The notes beneath the pieces were generated by a model. The model saw only the letters and a program-made list of their open reading frames with translations. It ran no database searches and had not been told where the DNA came from. The translations under genes were made by a program, and so were the position numbers. Shown one piece after another: positions 10,097 through 20,261 of a stretch of 64,000 nucleotides of DNA. Positions within the stretch are counted from its first letter, which is position 1. Each line of letters starts with the position of its first letter. This DNA comes from a virus: positions 3,254 to 67,253 of IMG/VR virus record IMGVR_UViG_3300046002_008519; one strand, written 5' to 3'.

Positions 10097-11362
10097 TTAA
10101 AATAAACCATCACTATCAAAGACATCATCGTCCTCATCAAGTTCAATATTATCACCAAACATAATTTCGTCTAATGAATAAAAATCTTTTTCTTCTCGTG
10201 TATTTAATTCATTCATAGCGTTGTCAAATTCTTCTTCTTGAAGTTCTTGTTTAACCCTGTCCATAATTTCTTTAACCACTTTTTTACCTTTGTTTGTACC
10301 AGCTAATATTTCCCTCATGTTTTCGTTAAATTCTTTTACTGGCATTGACGCTAACTCCATATATAACTGATGTTTTAAATGAAAATCATCAGAATCAACA
10401 CAATCAGTAAATCGGTCCCAAAGTGCTGGACCTATTCTCATATCCCATGGCTCTGCTGCTAAAAAATCAGCTTTATCAACTACATAGTCACCCAATTTTT
10501 TATCTTTAGGTAAACCATGTGCGGATAACAATTCCATAACACCCTTAACCAATTCATGAATAAGAACTGGAAATATCATCGCTTCAGCTTCAATAACAGC
10601 CTTAGGGTTTTCAGCGGTTGGGAATGTTACCTTAACAACGCCACCGTTGGTTCCGTTATCCATTTTAGGTATAATATAGTACATATAATCAGCCGCAGAC
10701 ATAACCTTAGAATAACGATTTAATAAACGAGGGTCCATATTGGTTAATTCATCATCAACCATATGAAACATATGGTTTGTTTTTTTTGCCGCACCTTGAA
10801 TCATTGCATTAAGAAAACGTCTTTTATAAACCTCATCCTTTGCGTTAACCATATCCTCATGACTTTCAAATTGATAATCATTTGATTTAGGTTTTGGGTG
10901 TTTTTTCGTACCCTCTAACATTATGTTAGGTGATAATTTAGCTTTAATTTCAACAATATCTTCTGGCATATCATATTCTTCACGAATCATCTTTTCAGCC
11001 AATGCCTCTAAGTCTTTTTTGTGTTTGGCTTCTAATGCCATAGTTTCATGAACCATAGGCATCATTTGCGTCATCAATTTTGAGTTATCAATATCCTCAA
11101 CATCAAATGCTCGTTTATAACGGTTAACGACTTCACTGAAGCGTTTACCCATTATTTTTTGTTCAAAATTATTTTCATCACCCTCAGGTATTGCAGGGTG
11201 TTTACCCAATGAATGTTTTCTTTCAGCTAATTCTTGTTCTAACTGTGGGTGCATTCTTTCCGATATATTATCACCATAAACAACACTTTCATTTAATTTA
11301 GTATTGTTTCTATTTTGTGATTTTAATAATGCTTGTTCAGCTATTTTCCTGTAATCGCTCAT
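10097..11362 (-). CDS. Hypothetical phage protein (HExxK pseudo-zincin-like motif)
   Basis: 421-aa ORF; FPVLIHELVKG motif; acidic tail. Confidence 0.7.
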   Translation of the reverse strand: MSDYRKIAEQALLKSQNRNNTKLNESVVYGDNISERMHPQLEQELAERKHSLGKHPAIPEGDENNFEQKIMGKRFSEVVNRYKRAFDVEDIDNSKLMTQMMPMVHETMALEAKHKKDLEALAEKMIREEYDMPEDIVEIKAKLSPNIMLEGTKKHPKPKSNDYQFESHEDMVNAKDEVYKRRFLNAMIQGAAKKTNHMFHMVDDELTNMDPRLLNRYSKVMSAADYMYYIIPKMDNGTNGGVVKVTFPTAENPKAVIEAEAMIFPVLIHELVKGVMELLSAHGLPKDKKLGDYVVDKADFLAAEPWDMRIGPALWDRFTDCVDSDDFHLKHQLYMELASMPVKEFNENMREILAGTNKGKKVVKEIMDRVKQELQEEEFDNAMNELNTREEKDFYSLDEIMFGDNIELDEDDDVFDSDGLF

Positions 11363-11363
11363 A

Positions 11364-12350
11364 TTATTTAATGTCTTTTTTCTTTATCGTTCTTAGAACT
11401 ACGTTTTCAACAACGGGTTGTTGTGTAGCTGCTGGTTGTGTAGCTGCTGGTTGTGTAGCCGTTGCTTGTGTAGCTGCTGGTTGTGTAGCCATTGATTGTG
11501 GTGTTCTTTCTTTTGCTTGGTTTTTAAGTGTTCTAACCGTTTCTGCAAATTTAGGTAAACCTAACCCTATCAAATCAGCTATTTTTACTAAAAACTGACT
11601 TTTTTCTATTGGATTATTTATTTTACGTATTTTATTTAAAATATTAGAATTCCTAGAAATAGTAGTCAACAACACATCAACATCTCTTTTAATATCAACT
11701 TGAGGTTGCATTGGTTCGTTTTCAGCTAATTCCTTTCTTTTAGGTGCCCCAAACACTCTAGTTTCAAAGAATTTTTTAAACTCTCTTAAACCCATATATC
11801 TTTCATCTTCAAGCATTGTAGTAGCCGCCAATTCTGGTATTGTTTTAAATTTTTTAAATTTACCATTTTTTTCGTTTACTATAAAGTGCTTATACTCACC
11901 AAGGTTAAGACTTTCAGGTTGAGAAGATTTTTCTTCACTTTCATTTGTTAATTTTTCTCTTTCAAGCATAGGTTTAGCAACTTTATTTTCAAATTCATCA
12001 ACATTGTAAATCATGTTACTACCATCTTCATTTATCTCATCAAAACAATAAACACCTAATACAATATTTTTATTTGGGGTTATCCCTCTAACCATCTGAT
12101 ATTTTTTATCTGAAATATTAAACGGCTGTGTTATTTGACCAGTATTAGGGTCTTTTACATTTGAAAGATATTTTATTGTTGCGGCATCTTGTGGTTGTAT
12201 TACATCATTAATCTCATTAACTGGTAAAATATTAATTTCTTGTCCTTTTAGGTCTTTAATAGTTTGAGTTAATTCATTTTTTTTTACCATTATAGTTGGT
12301 ATTTTTTTACCGCTAGTATCCAATTCTTTTAGTTTATTTTTTGTGTTCAT
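11364..12350 (-). CDS. Hypothetical putative head protein with (A)TQPA repeats
   Basis: 328-aa ORF; LKE/INE/LTNE sites; 15-bp repeats at ~11420-11490. Confidence 0.7.
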   Translation of the reverse strand: MNTKNKLKELDTSGKKIPTIMVKKNELTQTIKDLKGQEINILPVNEINDVIQPQDAATIKYLSNVKDPNTGQITQPFNISDKKYQMVRGITPNKNIVLGVYCFDEINEDGSNMIYNVDEFENKVAKPMLEREKLTNESEEKSSQPESLNLGEYKHFIVNEKNGKFKKFKTIPELAATTMLEDERYMGLREFKKFFETRVFGAPKRKELAENEPMQPQVDIKRDVDVLLTTISRNSNILNKIRKINNPIEKSQFLVKIADLIGLGLPKFAETVRTLKNQAKERTPQSMATQPAATQATATQPAATQPAATQQPVVENVVLRTIKKKDIK

Positions 12351-12747
12351 GTTTGTTTAAATTATAATTCAATATTAGGTCTTTTTCGTATAGCTTTTCC
12401 TCAATATCTAGCAAAGCTTCACCAAATTTAAAACAAATTCTTTTTTCAGGATATGTTTCATAATCATTTATGTTTTCCCAAGCCAACGCTACAACACCAT
12501 CGATTGCGTCCCAAACAGCAAATGTGTCGCTATTTTGAATCACATCCAACATTAATTCAGATTCAAGTCGGCCAACTTTTTTTATAAAAGATTCATGTGG
12601 TGGGAGTGGTCTACCAGACGCAGGGTAAGTATCCCACTCATCACCATCTATACCTTCTGTTGTATCAGAAAATATAAACTCATAAAGGTAATCACCTTTA
12701 TAATCTTTACCAACATAGTTCACATAAACCAAAAATAATTTACCCAT
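12334..12747 (-). CDS. Hypothetical protein
   Basis: 137-aa ORF overlapping neighbours. Confidence 0.75.
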   Translation of the reverse strand: MGKLFLVYVNYVGKDYKGDYLYEFIFSDTTEGIDGDEWDTYPASGRPLPPHESFIKKVGRLESELMLDVIQNSDTFAVWDAIDGVVALAWENINDYETYPEKRICFKFGEALLDIEEKLYEKDLILNYNLNKHEHKK

Positions 12748-13859
12748 TACTTTTTAGCTTTTGGGTCTGGTTGTGTTTCCCTCTGAGGTAAAAAAGGTTT
12801 ATTTTTTCTAGACGGTTGAATAGTAGGTGATTCTTTAGGCATTGTTTTAGGTTCCATTGGTAAAACCAATGGTTCTTCGTAATTAAATGTTTCTTGTAAT
12901 CTCATTTTTAAATAGTTTTTATCAAATATACTAAAATTTTCTGATATATTCAACTCTTCCGACGTACTTTTTTTACCCCACTTTTTACCCTTGCCTCTCG
13001 TACCACAAGAAGATGGTGTTGGACGACATGCTGGATATTTTCTTTTCTCACCATCTTGTCTACCACATGGCTTGCATTTCTTTCTGCCAGTATCTGGGTC
13101 TTTCCTACAGGTGTTGCAATCAACCCAACCGCTAGAACCTTCTCCACCTTTTCTAGAAAACCATCCATGAAGACCTTGTGATTTTTCTTTTGAGAAATCA
13201 GTTTTTTTAGCTTCATATACGGTTAATTCATCCAACTCTTCTTTACCAACTCTATTGTATCTCCCTTTTTTTATAAAAGGGTCATTCGTTGTTACGTTAG
13301 GTACACCAAATTCATTATCATTATCTTTGTATTTTAAATAATCTGGGTCTTTTTGTAAATCTATTTTGAATTGTTTTTTAGCGCTTTTACCAATATCCTC
13401 ACCTTCATTTGATTTGTTACCCCAATTTGCAGCACCAACATTACGACATTTAACTAGCGCGCCAGATGCATAAGCTGATGGCCATACGTCATACCTAGCT
13501 TTAACCTTGTGATAACAAGCATCTCTTTTCTTTTTCTTTTTTTTCTTTTTACCTTCCTCAATAACTTCATATATTTCATAGGAATCATCATCAAATTGAG
13601 TTTTTATGATTTCAACTTGCAATTCACCAGAACCCTTGATAACTCTATGAAAAGTGTCTTTAGGTATAAAGTATTCTTCACCAACGGTTAACTTTGTTGG
13701 TAATTCGTTGTCAAATTGTACCATCCAATCGTTTTCATTTAATGGTAAAACAACTCTATCTTCATGGTCTCTGTGCCATACAAGTTCACTTTCAGGTATG
13801 TCGTGTGAAAATGTGCGTCTTACTATATTTCCGTTTTCTGTTTCTTTATACGGTTTCAT
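12747..13859 (-). CDS. Modular protein: cupin-like N-terminus plus two small Cys-containing modules
   Basis: VWHRDHEDR...IPKDTFHRVIKG cupin-like; DACYHKVKARYDVWPSAYASGALVKCR; GWVDCNTC...KPCGR...YPACRP. Confidence 0.7.
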   Translation of the reverse strand: MKPYKETENGNIVRRTFSHDIPESELVWHRDHEDRVVLPLNENDWMVQFDNELPTKLTVGEEYFIPKDTFHRVIKGSGELQVEIIKTQFDDDSYEIYEVIEEGKKKKKKKKRDACYHKVKARYDVWPSAYASGALVKCRNVGAANWGNKSNEGEDIGKSAKKQFKIDLQKDPDYLKYKDNDNEFGVPNVTTNDPFIKKGRYNRVGKEELDELTVYEAKKTDFSKEKSQGLHGWFSRKGGEGSSGWVDCNTCRKDPDTGRKKCKPCGRQDGEKRKYPACRPTPSSCGTRGKGKKWGKKSTSEELNISENFSIFDKNYLKMRLQETFNYEEPLVLPMEPKTMPKESPTIQPSRKNKPFLPQRETQPDPKAKK

Positions 13860-13860
13860 A

Positions 13861-14313
13861 TTACTTTTTATTTTTTTCTTGCCATTTATATGATACAGAA
13901 TCTTCTTCTATAGGTCCACCCTTAGCCCATGTTCTACAAGACCTAGCTGAGTGACATTTGAAGTGGTGCATCCAACAATAACCTAATCTACCATCATCGT
14001 CTGATATCGGACCTGGCATGCATTCATCCATTCTAGGTGATATATCAAAAGCAACACAATTACCACATTTTGATTTTTGAGCTGCTTGAACACTGGTATC
14101 CCAATGGTCAGCTATTTTTTCCCAAAAATCAGCTGGTTCGTCAACATTTAATGGACCATATTGTATATGTTTTTCTTTTATCGCAGAATCTCTGTTATTA
14201 GTGTTTAACTCTAAATTTTGAGTAGCTTCTGGACAGTCCATTTCTGGTTTACCCAAAAGTTGTCTATTTTTTCTTTCAATTAATAGTTTTTTGTTTTTCT
14301 CTATTCTTCCCAT
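13861..14313 (-). CDS. Cys-rich small protein (metal-binding?)
   Basis: CGNCVAFD...GYC...FKCHSARSCRTW. Confidence 0.7.
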   Translation of the reverse strand: MGRIEKNKKLLIERKNRQLLGKPEMDCPEATQNLELNTNNRDSAIKEKHIQYGPLNVDEPADFWEKIADHWDTSVQAAQKSKCGNCVAFDISPRMDECMPGPISDDDGRLGYCWMHHFKCHSARSCRTWAKGGPIEEDSVSYKWQEKNKK

Positions 14314-14328
14314 GATTTATTTGTTTTT

Positions 14329-15678
14329 TTACCACCAAGTACCACCACCCGATAACCCTAATAATTTAGCATATCTAGGTAATCTACATGACCAATAACC
14401 AGCTTTAGTTTTGTCATTTTTAGTTTTACAATTATGTCTATCAGCAAACGCTTTTCTAGCCTTAGGGTCTCTTAATTTAACAGCTAAGTTTCCACCACCA
14501 CCTTGAGCACCAAAAGAAACTTTTTTAACTTTACTAGTCTTAGGATTTCTAACATATACATAGAATTTTTTAGAACCACCACGTTTAGGTTTACCTAGTT
14601 CTACTTTTTTACCTTGATACTCAGCTTCGTTAATAGCCTCTGTTTCAAACTCTTCAAAAATAGTATTTAATTTAACTTTATTTTCGTTAACCACAACAAA
14701 ACCATTATCATAATCATCAACAATAAATTGGTCATTTTCATTAAGTTCAATTAAACCTTTTTGTTGCAATTGTCTAACTTCTTTCAATAATGATTGAAAT
14801 TTTTCTGAGCCGTATCTAAATACTGATTCACCTAATGCCATATTGTTATTTAAATGATAACCTAAGTCTTTTGACACAGTAACTGGTTGGTTTAATTTCA
14901 TGGCTTGTGACCATTTAGAATAATCCATTTCTTCACCAGAATCTTGGTGTTCATCGTTTAATCTACCTTCAACAAAATGGTAAACCTCTTCAACATCATC
15001 AGCAGATGTGGCAATGTGGTCTAGAGCCCAGCCATGACCATCGGATAACAAAGCGTCGACTTGGTCACAGTCCATGTTTAATAATTCAGATGCAGCATGA
15101 ACCATTGTTTTTAAATTTTGCCAAAACATATAATTGTTTGAACCTTCTTTCATTTCGTTTATATGTTTGAATTTCGCTTCTTCACTACCCTCAGGTGCAA
15201 AAATGCTTAATCTTTTTGGTTTTTCAAGCATAAAACCACCTTCTTTGATTGGTTCTTCATTAGGCGAAAAGTTAAAATCACCAGAACCGTCATTCCCGTT
15301 ATCGGGTCCGTCGAAAGAACTATCTCCAGCGTCGGAGTTATTTTGGCTATCGTCACCAAAATCTTGTGTGTCATCTTTTCCAGATTTATTTATTTTTTTT
15401 ATAATATCGTTTTTGTCTTCTTCATCCATATCAGCAGTATTTGTTGCTGAAATTACTGAGTTGATTGCAAATTTTTCCAATTCAAAATCTGGTTGACCTT
15501 GCTCTTTGGTGTATTGTCTAAGTGATTGTCCTAACTTACCGCTCAACTGTTCAATAAATTTTTTAGGGTCAGTTTCTTCATCAGCTTCAACACCAGCATC
15601 AAATGGTTCTTTTTCAAATGACATATCATTTGCTGGTTCTTCAGCTGGCGTATCACCCACAGGTTCTTCAGCTGGCAT
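14329..15678 (-). CDS. Modular acidic putative head protein with basic C-terminal module; probably expressed as -1 frameshift fusion with upstream ORF
   Basis: Frame is open upstream to ~15819; C-terminal KKFYVYV...VSFG...FADRHNC...AGYWSC (DUF6321-like). Confidence 0.7.
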   Translation of the reverse strand: MPAEEPVGDTPAEEPANDMSFEKEPFDAGVEADEETDPKKFIEQLSGKLGQSLRQYTKEQGQPDFELEKFAINSVISATNTADMDEEDKNDIIKKINKSGKDDTQDFGDDSQNNSDAGDSSFDGPDNGNDGSGDFNFSPNEEPIKEGGFMLEKPKRLSIFAPEGSEEAKFKHINEMKEGSNNYMFWQNLKTMVHAASELLNMDCDQVDALLSDGHGWALDHIATSADDVEEVYHFVEGRLNDEHQDSGEEMDYSKWSQAMKLNQPVTVSKDLGYHLNNNMALGESVFRYGSEKFQSLLKEVRQLQQKGLIELNENDQFIVDDYDNGFVVVNENKVKLNTIFEEFETEAINEAEYQGKKVELGKPKRGGSKKFYVYVRNPKTSKVKKVSFGAQGGGGNLAVKLRDPKARKAFADRHNCKTKNDKTKAGYWSCRLPRYAKLLGLSGGGTWW

Positions 15679-15812
15679 TTCCTCACCACCAAAATCGCCA
15701 AAACCAGCGTCATCAGCTGGTTCTGTTATGGGTTCAGCTGGAGCAGGTGCTGGAGCAGCGGGAGCCGCTGGAGCAGGCGCATCCAGTTTTAATTTATATT
15801 TTTTAGCTTCGG

Positions 15813-16925
15813 TTAAAGTTTTTTTTTTAAATCAGCAATTGCTTCTTGAATTTCTTCAAGAGTCATATCTTCGTTTTTAGTTGCACCAGCAATTTTATCA
15901 GCATATGTGATTTTATCTTTAGGTTCAGCCAAAGCAGCGAATTTTTTATCTTTAGGGGAAATAGGTTCATCACCTTCTGGGTACATTTTATCTAAAGCTG
16001 TTCTAGCTTTACCCATACCACTAGATAATTTTCTAGCTATTACAGATTTTAAATCTCTACCAGCGTCACCCAACAATTGTAACAATTCTTTAGCTGACAT
16101 GTTCTCTAAGTCTAATTTGTCCATTAAATCATCTGTTGATGTGTCTTCTTCTCCAAAATTTTCGTTGGTTTTTTTCTTTTTAAGAATTTTAAAATCCTCA
16201 CCATCAATTTTTGATTGGTTACCTTTTAATTCTTCTTTAATACCTTTTTCTTTTTTAACGTCTCTAACACATGCTTCATATTTTTTCTTGTCTTCACGAC
16301 CAACACTAGCAGTACAGATAGCCCATGGGTTGTCTTTATCTTCAGCTTCATCCAACTCTTCTTCATCAGATTCGTTCAACATTGCATCAATAGCCAACTC
16401 ATCTTCAGTAAGAGTAACTTCTTCCATTTCATCAATGGCCTTTTTGTTAGCAAGATTATCCCCACCTTCTTCTTTAACCTTACCACCCAAATCAGTACCT
16501 TTGGTATCAGTAATGTGTTTTGTCGCTTCTTTAGCAGCACCTTCTGTTAATAAGTTATCGTTGACTAACACATTGAATGTGTTAACAATATCAAAAGATT
16601 CGCAAATTGAATTAAATTTTAAATTTAAGTGTTTTGTTGCTTTAGCATATGTAGGATAAGCTTCTAGTTTTTTATTTTGTAAACCACCAATGTATTTAAA
16701 ATCTTCAGCTGTAACATTTGAAGTCTTGTTAGATATTTTAATATAGTATTCATGGTTTTCTCTTATGATACCATAGGTTTTACCATCTGGACCAATCTTT
16801 GTTAATTCAACAGCTGAACGTGATAAATTTTCAACAATAGGTGTTACACCCATAAGTTGTTTCATACGTTCATTTATTTCATTTCCTTTAAGACCAATTG
16901 GATTGATTCTAAAATTTTTTTCCAT
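15813..16925 (-). CDS. Acidic putative head/core protein
   Basis: 370-aa ORF; many LTE/LNE/LDE sites; ends at A10 slippery run. Confidence 0.75.
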   Translation of the reverse strand: MEKNFRINPIGLKGNEINERMKQLMGVTPIVENLSRSAVELTKIGPDGKTYGIIRENHEYYIKISNKTSNVTAEDFKYIGGLQNKKLEAYPTYAKATKHLNLKFNSICESFDIVNTFNVLVNDNLLTEGAAKEATKHITDTKGTDLGGKVKEEGGDNLANKKAIDEMEEVTLTEDELAIDAMLNESDEEELDEAEDKDNPWAICTASVGREDKKKYEACVRDVKKEKGIKEELKGNQSKIDGEDFKILKKKKTNENFGEEDTSTDDLMDKLDLENMSAKELLQLLGDAGRDLKSVIARKLSSGMGKARTALDKMYPEGDEPISPKDKKFAALAEPKDKITYADKIAGATKNEDMTLEEIQEAIADLKKKL

Positions 16926-16961
16926 AGTTTTATTTATTTCTTTATTTTATTTTTGTAATTA

Positions 16962-17204
16962 TTATAAATTAGGTGAACCCAAATATACATCTTTATTTTC
17001 ACCTAGTAAATAACAACCAGTAGTTGCGCTTATACTTCTAATCGCTAAATCAATAGAAGATGCCGCGCCAACACTAACCGACACACCATTAATTATAGCT
17101 GTACAACCAGCGGAACCACCATAAATCGTGGTGTAAGTATGTGCACTCAAATTTGGTGTTTGAGCTGGTATTATTATACTATATACATCGTTATTTTTTG
17201 GCAT
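16962..17204 (-). CDS. Small beta-rich putative virion protein
   Basis: 80 aa; paralogous to N-terminus of 17504..19663. Confidence 0.7.
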   Translation of the reverse strand: MPKNNDVYSIIIPAQTPNLSAHTYTTIYGGSAGCTAIINGVSVSVGAASSIDLAIRSISATTGCYLLGENKDVYLGSPNL

Positions 17205-17306
17205 AATCTTTTCTTTTCTTATAAATATGATTATTTTTCTAATTATTCAATTTTTAATAAAAATTATCTAATTGTTAATTAAAGGAATTTAATCAACATC
17301 AAAATT

Positions 17307-17504
17307 TTATACTACTTCATCAATAGGGTTGGTAATTCTTTCTTCTTCTTTATATTCCACTCCAAGATTAGATAACCTAAACAATAGGTTATCTAATTCA
17401 GTGTAAAATTCCAAAAATGGCATTCCAGTTTCAATTTGTTGATTATCTTCTAATTTCCCATAATGGAAAATATCTATTTCGTTGTGTGCTAAATAATATC
17501 TCAT
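17307..17504 (-). CDS. Hypothetical small protein (start MRYYLAH)
   Basis: TAATG overlap with stop of BspA-like gene; start re-called at 17504. Confidence 0.65.
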   Translation of the reverse strand: MRYYLAHNEIDIFHYGKLEDNQQIETGMPFLEFYTELDNLLFRLSNLGVEYKEEERITNPIDEVV

Positions 17505-19663
17505 TATACTAATCCTCCATCTATTATTGTCCAATTGTTAGGTGCTGATATTAAAACAGTTTTTGCGGCTATAGCTGCGCTCGTATATTTAATCGCACCA
17601 AAATTTATCGCTAAGTTAGGCTTGACAACTCTTGTTGCCCAACCTATTAATAATGCGTCATAATTAGCGGTGCTAATTCCACTTAAATTTGCAAATCCTA
17701 ATGTTACTCCGTTAAAAACTGTAACTAACGATACGTTCCAACTACTTAGATTTTGGTTAAAATTTGTAGTTCCGTATAACATACTTGTCATATTTGTAAC
17801 TTTTGCTGTGTTCCAAGAACCAATATTTGTATTAAAAGCTGTAGCGTTACTAAATAATGAGTTCATAGTTGTTACATTCGCAGTACTCCAAGCGGTATAA
17901 GTACTTCCGTTTACCGTTACTGTTTTAGTGCTTATATCTTGATTAAAATTTACTTGTCCTTCAAATATGTAATTCATGTTAGTAACTTTTGAAGTGTTCC
18001 AATTTTTAATAGAATCAGAACCTCCATTATTAAAATAAGAAGAAGATAAATCATTAGAGAAAACAGCTTCCATTAGAGTTACATTTAACGTATCCCAAGC
18101 CGTATAAGTAACTCCATTCACTGTAACAACTTTTGTTCCTACATCTTGATTAAAGTTGGGTTGTCTTTGAAACAAGTTTCTAAAATCAGTAGCTTTAGAG
18201 GTATTCCAATTTTTAATGGAATCGGAGCCACCATTATTAAATGAACCTTGATTTAGTTGATTAAAAACACCAAACATATAATAGAAAGTAGTTACATTTG
18301 AAGTATCCCAAGCTGTATAAGTAACACCATTCACTGTAACTGCTTTTGTACCTATATCTTGATTAAAATATCCTTGATACGAAATCATAACATTCATGGC
18401 TGTAACCTTGGAAGTATTCCAATTTCCAATATTCTGATTAAAAAGACCTAAAGTAATACCTCCACCGTATAACATATTACTCATGGTTATAACGTTTAAA
18501 GTATCCCATGCTGTGTATGTCGATGCGCCAACGGTAACTGCTTGTGTGTTTATTGGTTGATTAAAAACAGGTTGATTTCTAAATAATTGGGACATATCTG
18601 TAACCTTGGAAGTGTTCCAATTTTTTATAGAGTCAGAACCGCCATTGTTAAATGAACCAGCAAAAACTGTGCTGTTAATATAAAGCATTACATTCATATT
18701 TGTTACATTAGAAGTATCCCAAGCTGTATATGTAACTCCATTTACTGTTACTTGCTTAGTTCCAATATCTTGATTAAATAATCTTTGATTTTGAAACATA
18801 GACTGCATAGTGGTTACTTTAGAAGTATTCCAATTTCCAATATCTTGATTGAAGTTTCCAACACCTGTGGCATTTTGAGTTATAAACATATATGACATAT
18901 TAACCACATTTGAAGTATCCCAGTTTCCTATATATGAATTAAATAATCTACAATTAAAAAACATATTTGACATACTAATAATATTACTAGTGTCCCATTC
19001 ATTCATTCTATTAACAGTTGTTAATGTACGACATTCTCTAAATGCGGAAGAAAAATCAGTAGTTCCTGTTAAATCTAAAACATCTGTTACATTTGACAAA
19101 ATTAAATTTGTACACCCATAAAAATAACTAGAATTGTTACCTAACCTAAAACTAGTACCCCATTGAAGAATGTAGATTAACTTTAGCCTATCACCAAGAT
19201 TATTAAATCTCCAACCGTAACATACCCCAGTTATTACTACTCTATAACCACCAGAATTAGCGTACGTGTGTGTTGTTTCAGCTTGATTCCAACTAGTTAT
19301 TTTACTAGTTGACCCATCACCCCAATCAACGATAAAACTATAAGTTCCAGTTGATTCAAGTGGTAGTTTAATTTGTGTTGCTGTTGAACTACCTGTACTT
19401 ATGTTTGAAGTTATCCATGTTGATATAAAGCTTTTTGTTGTTGGCGGGTAAGGTGTTTCACCTAAAATAAAACAACCAGTACCACCACTTACAGTGTTAA
19501 TGTTTAAATTAAAATTAGATGTACCACCAACATCAACGATAACACCATTAAGAGATATTGTACAACCTGTCGTTCCCCCAAAAACTTGAGTATATGTTAA
19601 ATCATATAAATTTGCGTCTTCAGCTGGTACTATAAAACTATAGACATCATTTATTTTAGCCAT
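17504..19663 (-). CDS. BspA-family / DUF285 repeat protein with PKD-like domain
   Basis: VDWGDGS...THTYANSG PKD-like; many FNQDIGNWNTSKVTxMxxMF repeats. Confidence 0.9.
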   Translation of the reverse strand: MAKINDVYSFIVPAEDANLYDLTYTQVFGGTTGCTISLNGVIVDVGGTSNFNLNINTVSGGTGCFILGETPYPPTTKSFISTWITSNISTGSSTATQIKLPLESTGTYSFIVDWGDGSTSKITSWNQAETTHTYANSGGYRVVITGVCYGWRFNNLGDRLKLIYILQWGTSFRLGNNSSYFYGCTNLILSNVTDVLDLTGTTDFSSAFRECRTLTTVNRMNEWDTSNIISMSNMFFNCRLFNSYIGNWDTSNVVNMSYMFITQNATGVGNFNQDIGNWNTSKVTTMQSMFQNQRLFNQDIGTKQVTVNGVTYTAWDTSNVTNMNVMLYINSTVFAGSFNNGGSDSIKNWNTSKVTDMSQLFRNQPVFNQPINTQAVTVGASTYTAWDTLNVITMSNMLYGGGITLGLFNQNIGNWNTSKVTAMNVMISYQGYFNQDIGTKAVTVNGVTYTAWDTSNVTTFYYMFGVFNQLNQGSFNNGGSDSIKNWNTSKATDFRNLFQRQPNFNQDVGTKVVTVNGVTYTAWDTLNVTLMEAVFSNDLSSSYFNNGGSDSIKNWNTSKVTNMNYIFEGQVNFNQDISTKTVTVNGSTYTAWSTANVTTMNSLFSNATAFNTNIGSWNTAKVTNMTSMLYGTTNFNQNLSSWNVSLVTVFNGVTLGFANLSGISTANYDALLIGWATRVVKPNLAINFGAIKYTSAAIAAKTVLISAPNNWTIIDGGLV

Positions 19664-19724
19664 TCTTTTTTTATTATAAATAGTCTATCTAAACAAAAAA
19701 AAAACATCCGAAGATGCTTTTAAT

Positions 19725-20234
19725 TTATTGTTTTTCATGTTTTTTCACAACGTCATATACTTTACTAAGAATATTTTTTTGTTTATCACTTATTTTGATT
19801 ACAGTAGTTTCAGTTGTTATTATTTTATTGTCGTCTATTTGCCTTACTTCCAACGGTGATGATACCACCATGGTATCTAAACTTACACCGTTACTACCAC
19901 TTCCTTGGTCATTATAAACAATTTGATTCACCTTATTATTTTTTACAGTAGTCTTTTTCGAGATTTCAGGACCAATATTGGCTAAACTATCAAGCATTTT
20001 TTTAATCAACATAAAATCTTTTTGTTTTTGATTATTATCAGAAACCAATTGATTATTTAATGATAATGTTTCAGTATAGTTTTTAATAAGTGTGTTATAC
20101 TGACTGGCCATACCACTACAATCATCAGTAGATAAATAAACAGTTCCTATTGATGATAACGTAGATAAGATTACAACAACCAAAAAGGCTTGTAATCTGT
20201 GCGCTGGGTTAAGATTTTTAATTGCGTCAAACAT
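19725..20234 (-). CDS. Membrane-anchored coiled-coil protein
   Basis: N-terminal hydrophobic helix followed by coiled-coil. Confidence 0.7.
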   Translation of the reverse strand: MFDAIKNLNPAHRLQAFLVVVILSTLSSIGTVYLSTDDCSGMASQYNTLIKNYTETLSLNNQLVSDNNQKQKDFMLIKKMLDSLANIGPEISKKTTVKNNKVNQIVYNDQGSGSNGVSLDTMVVSSPLEVRQIDDNKIITTETTVIKISDKQKNILSKVYDVVKKHEKQ

Positions 20235-20261
20235 GATAGATTTTTATAAATAAATATCGTG

